From the NCBI GenBank assembly GCA_031555325.1, contig JAVBUM010000031.1:743-64742 (forward strand): a DNA stretch of 64,000 nucleotides, read 5' to 3'. Below are positions 61,669-64,000 of this stretch, one piece after another; position 1 is the stretch's first letter; each line of letters begins with the position of its first letter. Source of the DNA: Niveibacterium sp. (lineage in GTDB: Bacteria > Pseudomonadota > Gammaproteobacteria > Burkholderiales > Rhodocyclaceae). The notes below the pieces were generated by a model. It was given only the letters and a program-made list of their open reading frames with translations. It was not told where the DNA came from and did not search any database. The position numbers and the translations under genes were made by a program.

Positions 61669-62439
61669 TCAGGAACTTGCCATTCGTCGCGTGGCTTTGG
61701 CATAGACACGCCCCGGAATCAGCCGCAAGAGCCTACGTACATACGCGGCTCTGCCAGGGTAGTGAATCTCGAAGCGTCCATGCGCAATGCCTTCGAGAAT
61801 CTGTTTCGCAGCCTCCCGTCCCTGCGCTACTGAATCTGGACGAAGACCCATACCCAATGCATCGGAAGGCGCAGGGTTGAAGAGAAATACGCTCACGCCC
61901 TTGCTCTTGAGATCCCGATGCAAGGCTTCAGCGAAATTGACGACCGCAGCCTTGGCAGCACCAGATACGAGTGTGCGAATCTGCCTGCTGTCGCCTGCGA
62001 CGCTACCTACGATTGCGATCGCGCCCTCTCCTTGCTGCAGCAGCTGGGGCAGTACCGCGGCCGCACCATTGATGACGCCCATAAGGCTCGTTTCGATCGT
62101 CTGGCGTGCGCCCTCGATGGTCAAATCACCAGCACCCAGCGGCGCGCCCCCCCCTGCACCAACACTCAGCACCACCATATCGACCCCCCCCCACGTATCG
62201 AGCAACTGAAGCACGGAGGGTAGAAGGGTTCCTGGCGCAGTCAGATCCAGCGGCATGGCGATACTGTCGGGATGGCGCGAGACAAACCGCTCAAGACGGT
62301 CGCGATTGCGGGCCGAAAGAGCCAAAAGTGCCCCCTGCTCGGCGAGCAGGTCTGCAAGTGCGGCTCCGACCCCGGCAGTCGCGCCGATGATCCAGACGCG
62401 CTTTTTCTTCCAGTTGCGTATCGGCGTGTTCGATGGCAT
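61669..62439 (-). CDS. Short-chain dehydrogenase/reductase-like protein lacking the catalytic Tyr
   Basis: WIIGATAGVG Rossmann motif, GSVAG, SGAAK in place of YxxxK, FEIHYP. Confidence 0.85.
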   Translation of the reverse strand: MPSNTPIRNWKKKRVWIIGATAGVGAALADLLAEQGALLALSARNRDRLERFVSRHPDSIAMPLDLTAPGTLLPSVLQLLDTWGGVDMVVLSVGAGGGAPLGAGDLTIEGARQTIETSLMGVINGAAAVLPQLLQQGEGAIAIVGSVAGDSRQIRTLVSGAAKAAVVNFAEALHRDLKSKGVSVFLFNPAPSDALGMGLRPDSVAQGREAAKQILEGIAHGRFEIHYPGRAAYVRRLLRLIPGRVYAKATRRMASS

Positions 62440-63788
62440 CTCTAGGACGAAGGTCTCGAACGGTCACGGCACGGAGCCTCGCATCACCCCATGGTGAAGC
62501 TGCTCCGAACCTGCTTGGCGCGATGCCAAGAAGGACGAACATCGCCCATGAAGTCTATCGAGCCCCGCAAGCATTTGTCACGATTTATAACAAATAGCAA
62601 GTGCATTGCACCGAAATGCGCCCACCTACCCCAGGCAGATGAACGCCTCCATTCGCAACGAAACCGATCGTCACTTAGCGCGGATCTGACTGCGGGCAGG
62701 CCAACCCCGGTAAGCGCGGCACCCCATCAAACACACTATTGTTGTGAATGATGAGTTTCAGGTGAATCGCGTCGGAAGACTCGAGCCCCTGAATCGGAGC
62801 TGCATCACCGCCAGGGTATACCACTGCAGTCATTGCAAGGCCGAGGAGGATCGAAGTGTGCGACATGTGTCTCTCCCTGTGGGACCTGGGGCTAGTCCGC
62901 TTTTGTCATGGACAAGACGTCCTGTATTTCACAAATTAGATCTTTCGCTGACCACCGTCAAATACTTACCCAAAACAAACGGGCAGGAGCGCGCAAAACC
63001 CTGGCGCCACAAGAATTAGCAGCAGAACGTGTCTTTCGAAGAAAGACAAACCCCGGTTTTACATTGCACCAATTGCTGCATACGCAGGGAATAAAGAAAT
63101 TTCGTGGCCGCTCTGTGGTCAAATTGACTGCTGCGCAGGCACAACCTGAAGAGCGACGATATGGACGTCGCCGAATCACTCATACGAAGCGATTGGAAAC
63201 CTATTGCGCATCGCAGTCACCCTGCAGATCACAGGGCGCTTGCACCTAAATGTCATGAGTTATTTTCAGAAACTCTATGACAATCATAGCGTTAGAGGAT
63301 ATTGCTGCGCGTAACGACTGTATTCAAGTGGGCACTCAGGCTAGCAAAAGCTGGACTTTGGGCGCCAGTCGACGGAAATCGGCTCACAAGAACCCTGTCA
63401 CAGAGCCGTTCCTGTTGCTCCGATTGATATGCAATATAGATGCAATCGCCCTGCTGCAGATCAGAATACGGCCGAAGCAGCATATTCTCAGCAGGAAAAG
63501 AAATTCTGATGCGTTGCAGCAATCGGGGCCAGAGGAGAAACACAAGAATCAATGCGGATACAAAATCGATACGGAATTTCGTCCTGTCATACCAACAAGA
63601 AAATTGCATGCGCTGGAAAAACTTACCATCTGCCGTAGCAAGCCACGATCTTGATCTCCCCTGCCAGACATTCCGAATCCACGATTTAAGCTCCCTCGCA
63701 CGGATTTCTGCTGAGACAAACAAATGTGAGGCCGCCACAAGGCACAAGCCCCATAATGTCAGCCGATACCGACAATGAGAGCGATGCC

Positions 63789-64000
63789 ATGCTGTACCCC
63801 GATCTTTTCAAATCACTCGAAGCTGCGCGCTGGAACATGGCAAGTGACGTGCCGTGGGACACATTCGACGCGGCCTTGCTCACCGACGAGCAAGCCCTGA
63901 CCATCAAGATGAATGCCATCACGGAGTGGGCTGCACTACCCGCAACCGAGATGTTCCTTCGCGACAACCGTGATGACTCCGACTTTGCGGCATTCATGTC
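63789..64000 (+). CDS. Ferritin-like di-iron protein (acyl-ACP desaturase-like), truncated by window end
   Basis: MLYPDLFKSLEAARWNM...IKMNAITEWAALPATEMFLRDN matches a conserved betaproteobacterial family as recalled; frame open to the end of the window. Confidence 0.8.
   Translation, partial: MLYPDLFKSLEAARWNMASDVPWDTFDAALLTDEQALTIKMNAITEWAALPATEMFLRDNRDDSDFAAFM

Noticed and set aside
1-64000. CRISPR arrays, rRNA or tRNA genes, intact transposases or integrases
   Set aside because: No regularly spaced direct repeats, no rRNA or tRNA other than the tRNA-like domain of tmRNA, and no DDE or tyrosine/serine recombinase ORF seen.

Overview
GC-rich (roughly 60% by eye) chromosomal window from a betaproteobacterium, most likely Rhodocyclales (inferred from gene order and protein style; not database-checked). 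It is mostly housekeeping: ompA-ubiG-gph-ssrA(tmRNA); lptD-surA-pdxA-rsmA; amgK-murU-pepP-ubiH-dusB-fis-purH-pagP-purD-hemF; hemCDXY, ppc, algZ/algR-like two-component pair, argH; hemA-prfA-prmC-grxD; petABC-sspAB; maeB, qor, adhE, an FNT channel, an MCP and a truncated di-iron protein gene at the end. The best candidate for an uncharacterised system is a tight four-gene operon at 36997-39995. It encodes a 224-aa protein with a twin-arginine/hydrophobic leader and a Cys/Ser-rich motif, a stand-alone PqqD/RRE protein, an HprK-related kinase and a nucleotidyltransferase. This is a RiPP-like leader-recognition, phosphorylation and nucleotidylation toolkit with no lasso cyclase or protease, and it may act on the exported protein encoded first. 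Second-tier observations: a vestigial integration scar with IHF sites at the tmRNA 3' end, a kdgK with apparent substrate-binding Arg-to-Cys changes next to a GntR relic, a PagP with Ser at the hydrocarbon-ruler position, an SDR lacking its catalytic Tyr, and an unexplained 1.3-kb lower-GC gap. All family comparisons are from memory; no searches were run.
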